Counted from the stretch's first letter, positions 1-11,938 are shown. The stretch is 64,000 nt of DNA from Spizellomyces punctatus DAOM BR117 (GCA_000182565.2 KQ257466.1), one strand, 5' to 3'. Made by a program: numbers and translations. The notes: generated by a model not told the origin, from the letters alone.

Positions 1-1332
1 ATCTTTATTTTATTTTTGTTTTGCCATGGCATATCATTTCACCAGAAATGAAATCTCAACACTCAAAGAGTGGTGCAGTTTTCGGATATCCTTAGCTCTC
101 ACGAAAAGGTACAGTAGTGTGCGTGCAAGTGATGCGACACGCCATTACGACATCATCCCAAGGAGGCTTGGCCCTTTGGGGACGATCGTCCCGCTCCAGC
201 CTTTGAATTCCGCCAACATCCACAAAGACAAAACACAGCACTTTCCGCTAAAAGAGTGAAATACCCCAAATGTCAAAGGAAGTTGACACAACTCCCACGG
301 GAGCTCAAGTCCTGTCTGCAACGGAAGAGCAAGTCGCAGCGGAATGTCCCGCATTGACAAAGACCTCTGATGGCAAGGTTCTACAAACACCGCTCACTTG
401 AATGCTCGAATGCAATTATCACCTAACAAAGCAAACCTCCCCAAAAGGCAATCGTACCCACAGAACTGAAATCAACAGCGTCTGAAATTGCACACCTGGT
501 TTCAATGTCGCGGGACTCATCTTTGAGTTCTTTTGAGCGCGGACAAGCTGCACAGAAAGCGAGTGACAAGCATGCGGCAATTGGGGTTGGCGTACGGCTT
601 CCTATTGATCAGACCTTAATGGATGGGACGGAGGGACTGGGGAGTGCGATGAGGATCGTGTTGTGAGTCCATCCGAAATCAAGCTATGTGGCCAGATATC
701 AAGTTTGGACAGAATATGTTATAGCGGTCCTGGTGGCATTACGCTGGATCGAAATGACACAGAGCAAACATTCTGGCTTTTAATGATAGGGTGGAGTTGG
801 AGGCACATTTTGACAATGCCATCAAAGCGGCTTTTAACACCATATCTCTCAACAACAACACCCGCTGAAAAGCATCCGAGGATCACGGCAACAGCATTCT
901 ACTCTATCTCTTTAAAATAGTCTACAAAACATCCTTTTGGGTCTCGGTGGGGCATAGCGTCAACCAGCTGGGGTCATGGTCCTGGGCACATGCAACTTGT
1001 GTTCGGTCTGACTATACGTGAATTTCAAGTACAAACACTCTAGTCCATGTATGGCATTGGTGCTATCATCCGAAAAAAAGAAAACTGCCCACCACTGTAC
1101 TGCATAGTCTCATCATCTACTGCCGTCATAGCACCAATGTAAAGTTGACTGGGGCGATTGAACTGGAGCCTTTTGAACACTTGCAATTTGGGTGGTGACA
1201 TCAGCTGTGGCACAGCCATACAACAGCTGGATGGACAGACAACCTTTCAGCTTGCTCGATTCTTCATTCTCCATTCACCCCTCATTCCAACGTCCAATAT
1301 TCCTTCCATCGTAGATCCTTATTGATTGATTG

Positions 1333-2817
1333 ATGACAATGTCGACAACTCCACCACCAATTTCCAATCGGGCCCGAGCCAATATCCAAAAAGAAAACCT
1401 ACTCGCTATCGGTATGATGAAAGTAAGAATATAAAGTATTTCCTTGATAAAACAAAACTGGGGGCGCTTATAATATTCATGTATGCAACAAAAGTGGTGG
1501 AGAAATCAATATCATGCCGAAAAGAATCCAGATGGAATTATTAACCTCGGTACAGCGGAGAATAAGTTGATGGCTGGGACACTCGTCGATTTGGTGAGGG
1601 AGAAAATTTAGATATTTTGGAGCACTGTACAAAAGATGCCAAGTTCAACTGATATTTTTCGCATTTACAGGTTGCAAAGATGTCTGCACAATTAGTGGAT
1701 GCTACATTCTCGTATGGGCTCATGTACGGGTCGCAAGAGCTCCGCGAAAAGTTAGCGGATATGTTCAATCTACAGTTTCGACCGATTCAGCGTGTGGAAG
1801 CTGGGGAGATTGTTGTCACGAATGGAGCGTGTTCGGCGGTGAGCAATCTGGTGCAAGTCGTGTGTGATGTTGGGGATGGGGTCTTGGTACCTGGTGAGTA
1901 ATCCGTGGGTGGTACATTGTAGATTTCGGTCTAACTTGAATCTTTCCAAAGCTCCTTATTACGGAGGGTTTGGTCCCGATGTCAGCAACTACTCGCAAGC
2001 AAATCTCATTACCTGCAGCTCATCCACACCCCCCAATTTCCTTCCGACTGACCAAGACTTGGCCCAAACCCTTCAAACCAATCCAATACCGATCCGCGCC
2101 CTCCTCCTCACCAATCCAAATAATCCAACCGGTAGAGTCATCCCAACCGAAACATTGAAAACATACCTCCAATTTGCAAAATCCCACAAACTACACATTA
2201 TCCTCGACGAAATCTACGCGTTGAGCTGCTTTCGGGCATCCACTCTGGATGGATTGGAGCCTTTCACGAGCATATTAGCTATGCCATGGGTACAGGAAGA
2301 AGGATTAGAAGAATGGATTCATATCGTTTGGAGCTTTTCAAAGGATTTTGGGAGTAGCGGTCTAAGACTTGGATGTATCCAATCTCGGAATCCTCATATC
2401 CTCAAAGCCCTTCGTCCGATTTCACCCTTCACTGCTCCATCGAATGCAACCCAAACGCTCGTGATGGGGTTACTGGACCCTCCAACGACAGCTCAATTCA
2501 TACGTACGAACCAATCTCGTCTTGAAGAGATATATACTCGGTTGACAGCGTTTTTGAGGGAGCATGGTGTGCCGTACATACCCGCCAACGCCGCGTTTTT
2601 TCTCTTGGTGGATTTACGGAGATGGACGAGTGGAATGGGTGAGCAAGCCCTGTTTGAACGATTATGCGATCAAGGTGTTTATATTGCTTGTGGGAGGGCG
2701 TTTGGGTTTGGGGAGGAGGGGTGGTTTAGAGTCGTATTTGGGGTTGATTGGGAGGTTTTGGAAATTGGGATGCGAAGGTTGGTTAGAGTCTTGCAAGAGG
2801 TGGAGATGGGCCGTTAA
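1333..2817 (+). CDS. PLP-dependent aminotransferase class I/II, ACC-synthase-like (spliced)
   Basis: Exons encode WRNQYHAEKNPDGIINLGTAENKLM (ACS-like N-terminal motif), IVVTNGACSA, PYYGGF, LLLTNPNNPTG, ILDEIY, the PLP-lysine motif WSFSKDFGSSGLRLG and GWFRVVF. An intron lies at about 1894-1951, and others upstream. The ATG at 1333 is inferred. Confidence 0.88.
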
Positions 2818-3141
2818 TAAAGTGTACAAAGATGCAGGGACTAGATATCATAGAGATATATCACTGGCTGTGATCGGACGGGGTTTGAGACTAGAATTGG
2901 GATAATACGAAATCGGCTTTGCTGACGATGAGCGGGATGCGCTGTCACTTGTTCTCGTCAGTGAGCAATGCCAATCTCCTCGCTAACATGCACAAATGGA
3001 AAGCTACCAATACGACAGGATTTTATCAAATGAATTTCTCTTTATGTACACCATCAAAAAAAGCAAAGAAAAGCCAAAACATGTTGTTTAAATGACCGAT
3101 ACATGACCCACAACAACCAAGCTCATAACCCCACATCATAT

Positions 3142-6100
3142 TCATGGAGGAGTGGGCGAATGACTTCCACTCAACCTCCGTTCTTTGGCCAAAGCCACCT
3201 CAGCAGCCCCAGCAGCCCGCCGTTCCCTACCTTCCGCAATCAAATGCTCATTATGAATCACTTTTCCCAAACTTGTCTCAATCCTTCCAATAGCCTTTTC
3301 AATTTTTCCATGAAGCTTGTTGGGTTTCTCTCCGCTGAACCTTCGACTTCCTGTAGACGAGACGCTCCCGTCATCGCTGGTACGATTCCGGGGTTGCTCG
3401 TCTTTGGGTGGAGGTGTCGGGACAGTCAGAGCGTTAGGATCATCAGATGGGCGAGGGCGGATAGTTTCAAGACCGACGGAATCTTCTTGTTCCGCAGTGG
3501 TGGTTGCGGGTGCTTCGTGAATGAGAACGGATTCAGAGCGGGAGGGGGTGGGTGGGCGATCTTGGGTCGGAGAGGATTCGGGAATGTCTTTTGAAATTGG
3601 GAGAGGGAAGGGTGTTGCCGATTCTTGTTGGGTTGGTTGAGGTGTAGGAGGGGGTGAGCGTCTTCCACCTGTTTCTTCTGTTAGTTCGCTGCTGCTTGGC
3701 GGAATGGTTTGGTCTGTAACGCCTCCGACCGGGAGACTAGATTGTCCCAAAAGACTGCCCTCAGGAAGAGGACGAGAGCCCCAATCTTGAAAAGCGACAG
3801 TGGGACCAGGGACAAGCACATTGCGGCTTTCACCCTTGGATTGCTCAAAGATGGTCGGGATGTGACCGTGATGGGTGGACTTGTGTACTCCAGAGGGAGT
3901 GATGCCAACACCAGATTTGCCATTCAAAGGGTCGCTAATTCCATCGCGCTCGGCAGTCGAGCGGGCAAGGTCGATAGCTGCATTATCATCACGGAGAAGT
4001 CCAGCACGAAGGGCAAAAGCTACTTGAGTAGGTGATCCAGAAGCACGTAGGGAATCGTTGGACTGGATGCGATCTTGACGTTCGTCTTCTTCTTGGCTTT
4101 TGCGAATCTCACGTTCAGCAATGTTGAGAGCCAATGGTCTCTCCACGGCGCCCTCCATTTCCTGGAGGCCATGGCGGAGTGCTTCGGCAGAGTTTGTGCC
4201 GCTTGTAGGGCAGGTCTCTTGTTCGCGGAGGCGGCGGTTGCGCTCAGCTTCCTCTGCCTTACGGGATTCATTGAGCTTGTAGGAACCGCCGACAACAGGG
4301 TTAAGCTCTACACCCTTTTCGAGTCCCTCGCGCACAACCCTGGCTTCATCATGCGCATGAGGTTGATGCTTCCACCCTTCTTGGACACGTTCCTCACGTT
4401 CTTGGTCTTCTGCCTCACGAATCTGACCCTTTTTAGCAACATCTGTCGCGGGGTTGATTGTACTACCGGAAATGCCCGCTTGGAACAGGGAGGCAACTTT
4501 TTCGGCAGTCTGCTGGGTTTCGAGCTGCGGACCGGATGTACGCTCATCGCGCGCCGTTTCCTCTGCCATGCGAGACAGTTCGCGGCGAGCCACATGGACA
4601 GCACTGTTCGACTCGTCTGCGCCTTCAACAATTCCTTCCTTGACAGCTAAAGCCACATCCCTAGCTGCGTTTGGACTCATGCTCTCTACCCGAGCTTCGC
4701 GTTCTTGTTCAATGGCAGTGTCCAATTGCCTCAACCTTGCAATGTCAGCGGCGGAATGGCCTCGGCTGGCATCTGCACCAGCTTCACTCAACCCCTCTGA
4801 GAAGGCCCTCGCCTGTTGAGAGGCCACGGAGCGCTGGATTCGCTCAGCCTGAACCCTTTCCTCGCGTTCGGCGTTTTCGGCTTCACGGATCAGTTCACGA
4901 CGAGGCACATTGAGTGCCGGAATCGATCCACCTTCACCCAGGTGAACTCGAATGCCTTCGGCAAAGGCACGAGCTTCCTGGTGAGAGTGCTCATAATATT
5001 GGCGGCCGGTCGCTCCGGGGCGGTCACGACGTTGACGTTCGACCTCTTCTGCGTAGACAATATCTTCCAGAGGTGTCGGTTCAGCTTCTGCCGGGCCTTC
5101 GGCCAGAGGAAGGGCACCTTGGTGGTATTCAGTCGGAATAATGGCGCCTGTCTCGGGAAGGGCGATTTCTTTTACTTCTTCTTCGGCTGGCTTCGATGCT
5201 CCAGGTAGAACGGATGCCACGCGACTAGCTAGGTTCGATGCTGTTTGAGTAGCTGCACTAGGAAGCTCCAAGGCTTTGTTAACCGCGGTAGATCCAACTT
5301 CAGTAGCGGTTTGGCCAGCAGCTACAACTACATGAACATGGTTGAGTCGGATTACAATGCATTTGAAAGGACTGTCGCGAACACGTACCACCAGATGATA
5401 CATTAGATACAGCATTGCTGATGCCGTGACCCACGGCTGATGGAATCGCAACGACGGTCTGAGCGGTAGACGTAATGCCATGACCCACGGCCGACGGAAT
5501 CGCAGCGACTGTTTGAGCAGTAGACGTGACTGTTAGATAACAAAAATTTCATTAGTCACATAGACTTCATCAACCAAAATGTACATAGCGAAACTTACCA
5601 ACGGAGCCAACTGATCAAAGAATCAACATTCAGAAGAGAGAGGAGAATCGCTTTAGCACTATGAGAAATCAATGAATGGTTGCGCACACCAAACTCACCA
5701 GTGTGCCCGACAGCACTCGCAGCATTGACAACTCCATGACCAACAGCGCTTGGAATTGCGGCAACAGACGCAGTAGCGGCTTTGGCGGTATCGACGACTT
5801 TGGAGGCAACACCTTGAGCAGGAGGACCTGCCACATCGGCAGCATGCACGGCAGTATCCTTTGCTGCAGTTGCAGCGTTGGAAGCACCTTGAGCTACTGC
5901 ATTGGATGCACCCGCTGCAGCGTTGTACGTGCCAGCAGCAACATTGGAAGCACCTTCGGTAACTGCACGAGTAGCTCCCGCAGCAGCATTGTATGTCCCG
6001 GATGCAGCGTTGGAAGCCCCCTCAGCAACTGCGTGAGTTGCACCAGCGGCCGCATTGTATGTACCCGAGGCAACCGTAGAGACTCCGTGGCCCACTGCAC

Positions 6101-8223
6101 GAGTAGCTCCTGCAGCAGCGTTATACGTTCCTGATGCAACATTGGAGGCACCTTCAGCAACGGCATGAGTTGCACCAGCTGCTGCATTGTACGTGCCCGA
6201 GGCAACCGTAGAGACACCCTGACCCACAGCACGGGTAGCTCCCGCAGCAACGTTGTAGGTGCCTGTGGCCACACGGCTTACACCCTGTCCAACAGCCTGG
6301 GTTGCACCTGCAGCGGCGTTGTAAACTCCGGAACCGACAGTTGCAGCCGCATTGTAGACACCGTGTCCGACCGCAGAGGTGGTATCAGCGGCTTTGTGAG
6401 CGACAGTGGAGGCGACAGAGACGACGGGAGCGGTAGCTTCGATTGCACGATGCGAAGCTACTGACGCGGTTTGAGCAGCACTTCCAGCCAACTCTCCCGT
6501 CTTTTGGGCAGTAGCGTGGGCAGCATCCACAGTGAGATGAAGGGTGTTTGCTCCGACTTGTTCGACAGTGTGGGCCACGTCCACGGTCTTGTGGATGACG
6601 GCTGCACCAACTTCCTCAACCTTGTGAAGGGCGTCTGTAGCCAGGACTTTCGCCGTCGTACCGTATTCGACAGCCTTCTCTCCAAGGTTTTCCAAAACTT
6701 GGCGAGTGGCCGCTTCGGATTGGTTGTATGACGCTATTGTGCTTTCACGAGTGACCTGGACAGCAGGGGAAACGACTTCACTCGTAGTACCGTAGACTTT
6801 TCGGCCGGTTTCAGCAGTTTTGTCGTAGACGGCGCGACCAGTCTCAGCGGTCTTTCCGTACACAACTTGGGCACCGGCTGCGGTCTTGTGTGCTGCATCT
6901 TCGGCTATAATCTCTGCAGTCGTTGCCAGCTCTTTTGCCTTGGTGGCTGCTTGCTGGGCGTTAGCCTTGATGGTTTCCGGGCGCAGCGCATTGACTGTCG
7001 ATTCCGCTGCGTGCGACAGACTTTGTTTCGCGGTTTCCACGTCAGGGGCTCCAATGGTAGGAGCAACCTTGGCGTACGCTGACTCGACGACGGATTCAAC
7101 AGTGTTGACAGCTGATTGAGCGGTCTGCTTGATAGTCGTCGGGAGGTTTGCCGTTCGCTCCGCTGCTTGTTGATACGAATCACTGTACGATGCGGAAGCA
7201 GTCTCTTTACCGGCGCCGTAGGCTTCGGAAGCCTTGCCCGACACCTGCTGGGTCGTCTCGACAGCTCGTTCATAAACTTGGTTTGCAGTATCCTTTGTCG
7301 CTTGGATGACCTCGCCAGTCTTTTGCTTTGCTTGTTCAGCAGTGGCGGAAATGTTTTGACTGGCGTTTTCGCTTGCACGGTTGTAAGCGTCAGCTGTCGC
7401 GTCCCGAATTTCAGCACCGGCATTTCTGGCGGTGGTATCCACGGGTTGCTGTTCTGCCTCCCGAACTGGGCTGATAAATGTTACGGGAGTACTCGTAGTG
7501 ACCACTTGTGGTTGGGTAGTGACGGGTGCCGTGGTCGCAAAAGTCTCGGTCTCTTGAGGCTGGACGGCTGATGCAGCCTTGTTGTAAACGTTGGCAGCCA
7601 CGTCCTTGGCCTTTGTAGCGGCAGCCGCAACAGTTCCAGCAACCGACCCGATCACATCGCCTGTAGTTTCACCCGCACGGGCAGCGGTGGGATGATCGGC
7701 GGCACGAGCAACGCTGCCTTCTCCGTATACTGGAGTGCCGGTTGCAGAGACGTTGGATGTTGTATCTGGTGAGGGAGCAGACCTTGACACACGCCGAGCG
7801 GCATTGCTGAGGAAAGAAGTCGCAGCCGAGGCAATGGTTCCAACAGCGCTACGAACGCCAGCTGCAGCGTCTTTTGCTACATCTGTAAGGGTTGGTTCTT
7901 CGTCAGACGAATATGCATCCGCTGCTGGAAACCGATAGACCAAAAAAGAAGGCACAAATGAGAACGCGTCCTTGTGAACAGATTTTGCAATTCCCGTACG
8001 TACATTCAGGAAAGTCTCCAGGGAGCTCCTCAAGAGGGGTATCCGGCACCTCTCTCAACGGTACCACAGGTGTCGTGATGGGAACAAACTTTGTGCTTAG
8101 AGGAGCAGTGGCGATGACGGGTTCATCTGGACGACGAAGGTGACGATGACGAAGCTCCGTCTCGTCCGCTTGATCGGCGGGAAGTACGTAGGTCGTCTCC
8201 CTTTCTAAGGAAACGGGGTCCAT
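3142..8223 (-). CDS. Large Ala/Thr/Val-rich repeat protein, LEA/perilipin-like, with a C-terminal CsbD-like segment (spliced)
   Basis: ORFs 7903-8223, 5595-8033, 5300-5488 and 3142-5481 join through GT-AG introns (about 8003-7922, 5698-5611, 5598-5532, 5388-5327). It contains 11/22-mer amphipathic repeats, and the C-terminus KLHGKIEKAIGRIETSLGKVIHNEHLIAEG resembles CsbD-type stress proteins. Confidence 0.8.
5870..6375 (-). repeat. Coding tandem repeat, 66-bp unit (22 aa, e.g. GVSTVASGTYNAAAGATHAVAE), about 7 copies
   Basis: The same TYN-coding segment recurs at + strand 5921, 5987, 6053, 6119, 6185, 6251 and 6317 (66-bp period), then at 6350 (33 bp). Confidence 0.92.
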
Positions 8224-8309
8224 TTGTTGAGAGGATTGTCTGGCAGAATAGGACAGCTGTCTCTAATCGTCGAATGTAGTGATTGCGCAGAACAGAGTCA
8301 GAGAGGACT

Positions 8310-8337
<28 letters not shown>
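8310..8337. repeat. (GCT)n trinucleotide microsatellite just upstream of the repeat-protein gene
   Basis: A gctgctgct... run of about 9 units is visible directly. Confidence 0.9.
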
Positions 8338-8341
<4 letters not shown>

Positions 8342-8836
8342 TAAAGAATAAACAACAAATAATAAAAACAGTTGCGTGTATGTGTTGCTTGTTTTGCAGA
8401 GTAGAGCTGCAAGGAAAAAGAAATTGGGGATGGGGGGGAAATGATGGGAATCAAGCGTTTATATAAAAAGGGCGACGCAGCCAATACATTTTCGATTTCA
8501 TTCTCATCTGACTATTGTGTGTGTGTGTCCCTGACTAGGTCATTGTGTCATAACGACCCTTTGAACGCAACACACGCTCGCAAAAGAGAAGAGATTAAAA
8601 CAAAAGGGAAACAGTCAAGAAATGACGTTTTTTGCCCCCAATTCCTTCTTTGCAGCTGAGCCTCAAACTTGTCTTGTCTCTTAATAACCGCATGTAAACA
8701 AAAACATTGTCGTTATTCTTTTCTCTTGCGCCTTTCCTTGGCTTTTGGAGACAGTTTGATAGCATCATCATCATCAATCATCATCATCGTTTATTTGCAA
8801 GTGTGAGATTTCACACCTTTTGGGGAGACGCGCTCT

Positions 8837-8858
8837 TGACGTCACAGAAATGATGTCA
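8837..8858. promoter_or_regulatory. Paired CRE/ATF-like sites (TGACGTCA, TGATGTCA)
   Basis: Perfect palindrome TGACGTCA at 8837-8844 and a near-match at 8851-8858, in the divergent intergenic region upstream of the LEA-like gene. A TATA-like TTTATATAAA lies at about 8458. Confidence 0.4.
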
Positions 8859-9966
8859 TCTGGTCGGAGTTTTGCATAATCAGCTTACGATATACACGTG
8901 TTGAGAAAGAACATTTCGGGCAAATGAGCCAAGCCACCTTATAGCGCGCCACACAGCCACACACGAGATCACTGGAGACAAGATAACATGGCCAAAGACG
9001 CAGCCCAAGCCCATCCGTCAGTATCCATCAAGTGGGCAAGTAACGGTTCAAAAACTGTCAAACATGACCCATGTTGTTTTACAAGCGATAAATGTGTATG
9101 ACTCTTTTGACTGCTATTCCAAATCTAACAAAGTTGAATATGATGCAAAAGTAAAAAGCGATAGCAAATGCAAGCGATGTGATAAGTGCCTTGTCATGCT
9201 GTCCCATGCGAGGAAACATGGCAATAAACTTCCGCCAGTTGAAGCGATTTGCATGACTGTGGATGAAACGTTGGATACCTCATGCGTCTTCATAAGAGGA
9301 CTAGTGAAGCGGATGACAGCCCTCAAGTCACAGCCATGGAGTCAGGTGGCTGCGACGCTTTCCTCAAAACAAAAAAAAGAGCGACGGAAACTGCGCGCGA
9401 TTTGGTCTTTGGGTAGAGCAACTTTCTAGGTTTTTCTCACGGCCCTCCCCCTCGACATTTTATTTTCCCACGCACGCACACACAAAAGTACATTTGCTCG
9501 TTCGCCGTCGTCGTCGTCGTCGTTGTTTCCCACGCCTTTTTGTTTACCCTTTCACAAACGAACGCTCATCGCGCGCATCCCTTCACTTGCAACGATAATG
9601 CAACCTTCTCGCATCTAACGCATTCGCCGCATCTTGTCTTCCCCCCACATAGTCTCTTTGATGTTTATCTAGTCTGCTCTCTATTTCTACTCTTAATTCT
9701 CATTACCTTTTACAATCATGTCCCCTTTCTTCGCTATCGCCACCAAGGGCCGGTTCTGAGCGCTCACACGCTTACGCTGCAACCCGCTTGTGCCGCAAAC
9801 GCACGACCTCTCGTTCCCCCCCTTGGCCTAGAACTAACAACACGAATCACGCCTCGTTTACATAAATTCCCCGTTGCCCCATCCGCCACTTGGTACTTTT
9901 ACCTCTTTGGAATCCCCGGTCCTCCGCTCTCGCTACCCTACTCCCCTGAAACGCTGAACGCATAAA

Positions 9967-11549
9967 ATGGATGTACCTAGGAATGTGAACGCCGCACCGC
10001 CGGCGGCTGCAGAGCCGTTTTGGCAGCTGCAGCCGCAGACATGGAAACGTCAGTTCAACATGAGCGTACTGTCCAATACAACGGTCTATGATGAATCGTG
10101 CGGTATGATTTGATGGATTTTATATTATGAAATCATAGAGTCTCATGAGAGAAATGTTGTACACTTTTACAGTGCAAACGCAAAATGAATGTCCAGCGAC
10201 ACCCAAACCGATATCGCCTGCCGAGATATTTTCGCGCAAGGCGGATTTTGTTGAGAGTCTAGTAGGTTCGTATACCCCCCAAGGACTCGAAGACGCACAA
10301 TCCAAGCAGACACTTCCTGGCGGTTCCAAATGGTGTATGGGATGCAAATAGAGAATCTCCCCCGTTTGACGTGTCAATTTGTCAGTCAGTCTTGGAAAGA
10401 CATGAAATCGAACGTTGAGACAAGGGCGCGTAAAGAGTGCCCCTACCATGCCTAAGGCTGTAAACCTTAGCGATCGCCTCAAAAACGATCTATTTGGAAA
10501 ATGGAGAAAAACAACGTTCGACTGTGGATGGTATGGATGGGGGAAAGTGGACGGTTTCCTAGAGTCTTGTCCACTGGAGTTTCCGCCATGAAAGCCTGAT
10601 TCTGTCGACAGCTTTGGGACCATGTCAGACCAACTTTACCGTTAGATGGAACCGATGCTCATGCGATCTGTACTTTTCCTTTTCAGATACCGCGGTGAAG
10701 CTCCTCCAAATGTCGTGGAAAAATAACGCACAGCCCTCAAAGGCTCGACTGGTTCCCCTGAAGATTTTCATTGAGGAAATTTTGAAACGATCTCGTACCT
10801 CCTTCTCAACCCTGCAATTGTGTCTCTTGTATCTCGTGCGTTTCAAACACCATCTTCCCGCCTACACCCGTACTTTGGCTGCCGAAGCTGCGAGCGGCAT
10901 CAGCACTGGACCAAAGAAGGCGCACCCTTCTTGCTGCTGCCGTCGCATGTTTCTTTCGGCCTTGATTGTCGCCGCAAAGTACGTGCAAGATCGGAATTAC
11001 AGCAACAAGGCATGGTCGAAAATCAGTGGACTGCCCGTGGAAGAAATCACTTGCAATGAGCGAGAATTTCTGCGGTGCATCAACTGGAAACTATACGTTT
11101 CGTACCGTTCCTTTGTTACGTGGAGCACAATGCTTTTGAACGTTGCGCACCAAATTCGAATCGAAAAATTAGGACCTGATGCGACCGGAGGCGCCATGCT
11201 GGTCGTGGTTGGTAAAAACCCTGATGGTACAAATCGGTTCGCAGTTCACCGTGAAAGCAAAGTTTGCGAAAAGGAGGTTGCCGTGCAGCCCTTGGCCACA
11301 ACGGATGTACCGCTTACTCCGCCCACCGAGCAAGATGTGCTTGTCGACACACAGGGACCCCAAATGTATCCCAGTACTGATCTTGGAGCGGGATGTTATT
11401 ATCCGTCCCCCGAGACTGTTGCTGGCGATGAAATGGAAAGTTCCAATGTGAAAATTGCGGGCGTAAAGAGAAAGTTGGACGACGTTGGCAATGACGAGCA
11501 GGATATGGTTTTGAGAAGTGGGCAAGGCATGGAGAGTATGGTATGGTAA
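9967..11549 (+). CDS. Pho85-type (Pcl5/Pas1-like) cyclin; exons 9967-10102, 10173-10265, 10687-11549
   Basis: Cyclin box ILKRSRTSFSTLQLCLLYLVRF...RRMFLSALIVAAKYVQDRNYSNKAWSKISGL...EREFLRCINWKLYV. Splice phases are consistent. The C-terminal LTPP and PSP motifs are phosphodegron-like. Confidence 0.9.
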
Positions 11550-11902
11550 ATGGACGCAGTATCGCTCGGCCTTCGTTCGAGTTGACTGAGCTACTCACGT
11601 ATCCTACTACCGATCTGTACTGGAACTATATGTGCTACTTTCTCTCGATACTGCTATTACAGTCGCTTTCCCCTACTGGTGCCTTGTAGGTGGAATGAAG
11701 CCATGGGTTGGGTGTGCGGGCATACCTACGAGGTGTGATAATGTACAGTAGTCGTGTGAGGTGATGGTGGTTTGTGCACATGTGTGTGTGTACAGTCTCT
11801 TGTGCTGTGTGTGTCGTGTGTTTTGATGTGGGAGTGTTGGAGTTGCGGGTTTTGGCGAGTTGATGTGTGTGGGGTCGCAGGTGATGGTGAGAGGAATGTG
11901 GG

Positions 11903-11904
<2 letters not shown>

Positions 11905-11936
<32 letters not shown>
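11905..11936. repeat. (GT)16 microsatellite within a GT-rich region 3' of the cyclin gene
   Basis: Perfect GT run, with GT-rich flanks over about 11740-11940. Confidence 0.95.

Positions 11937-11938
<2 letters not shown>

Noticed and set aside
1-1300. Short ORFs (26-259, 145-390, 663-920)
   Set aside because: No recognisable motifs or coherent splice chain; probably intergenic.
5870-6375. Regularly spaced repeats that could be mistaken for a CRISPR array
   Set aside because: They are in-frame 66-bp coding repeats with synonymous variation. There are no unique spacers and no cas genes, and the context is eukaryotic.
9064-9429. 121-aa ORF with CxxCxxC
   Set aside because: It lies in a divergent promoter region and shows no further domain pattern; it cannot be supported without homology or expression data.
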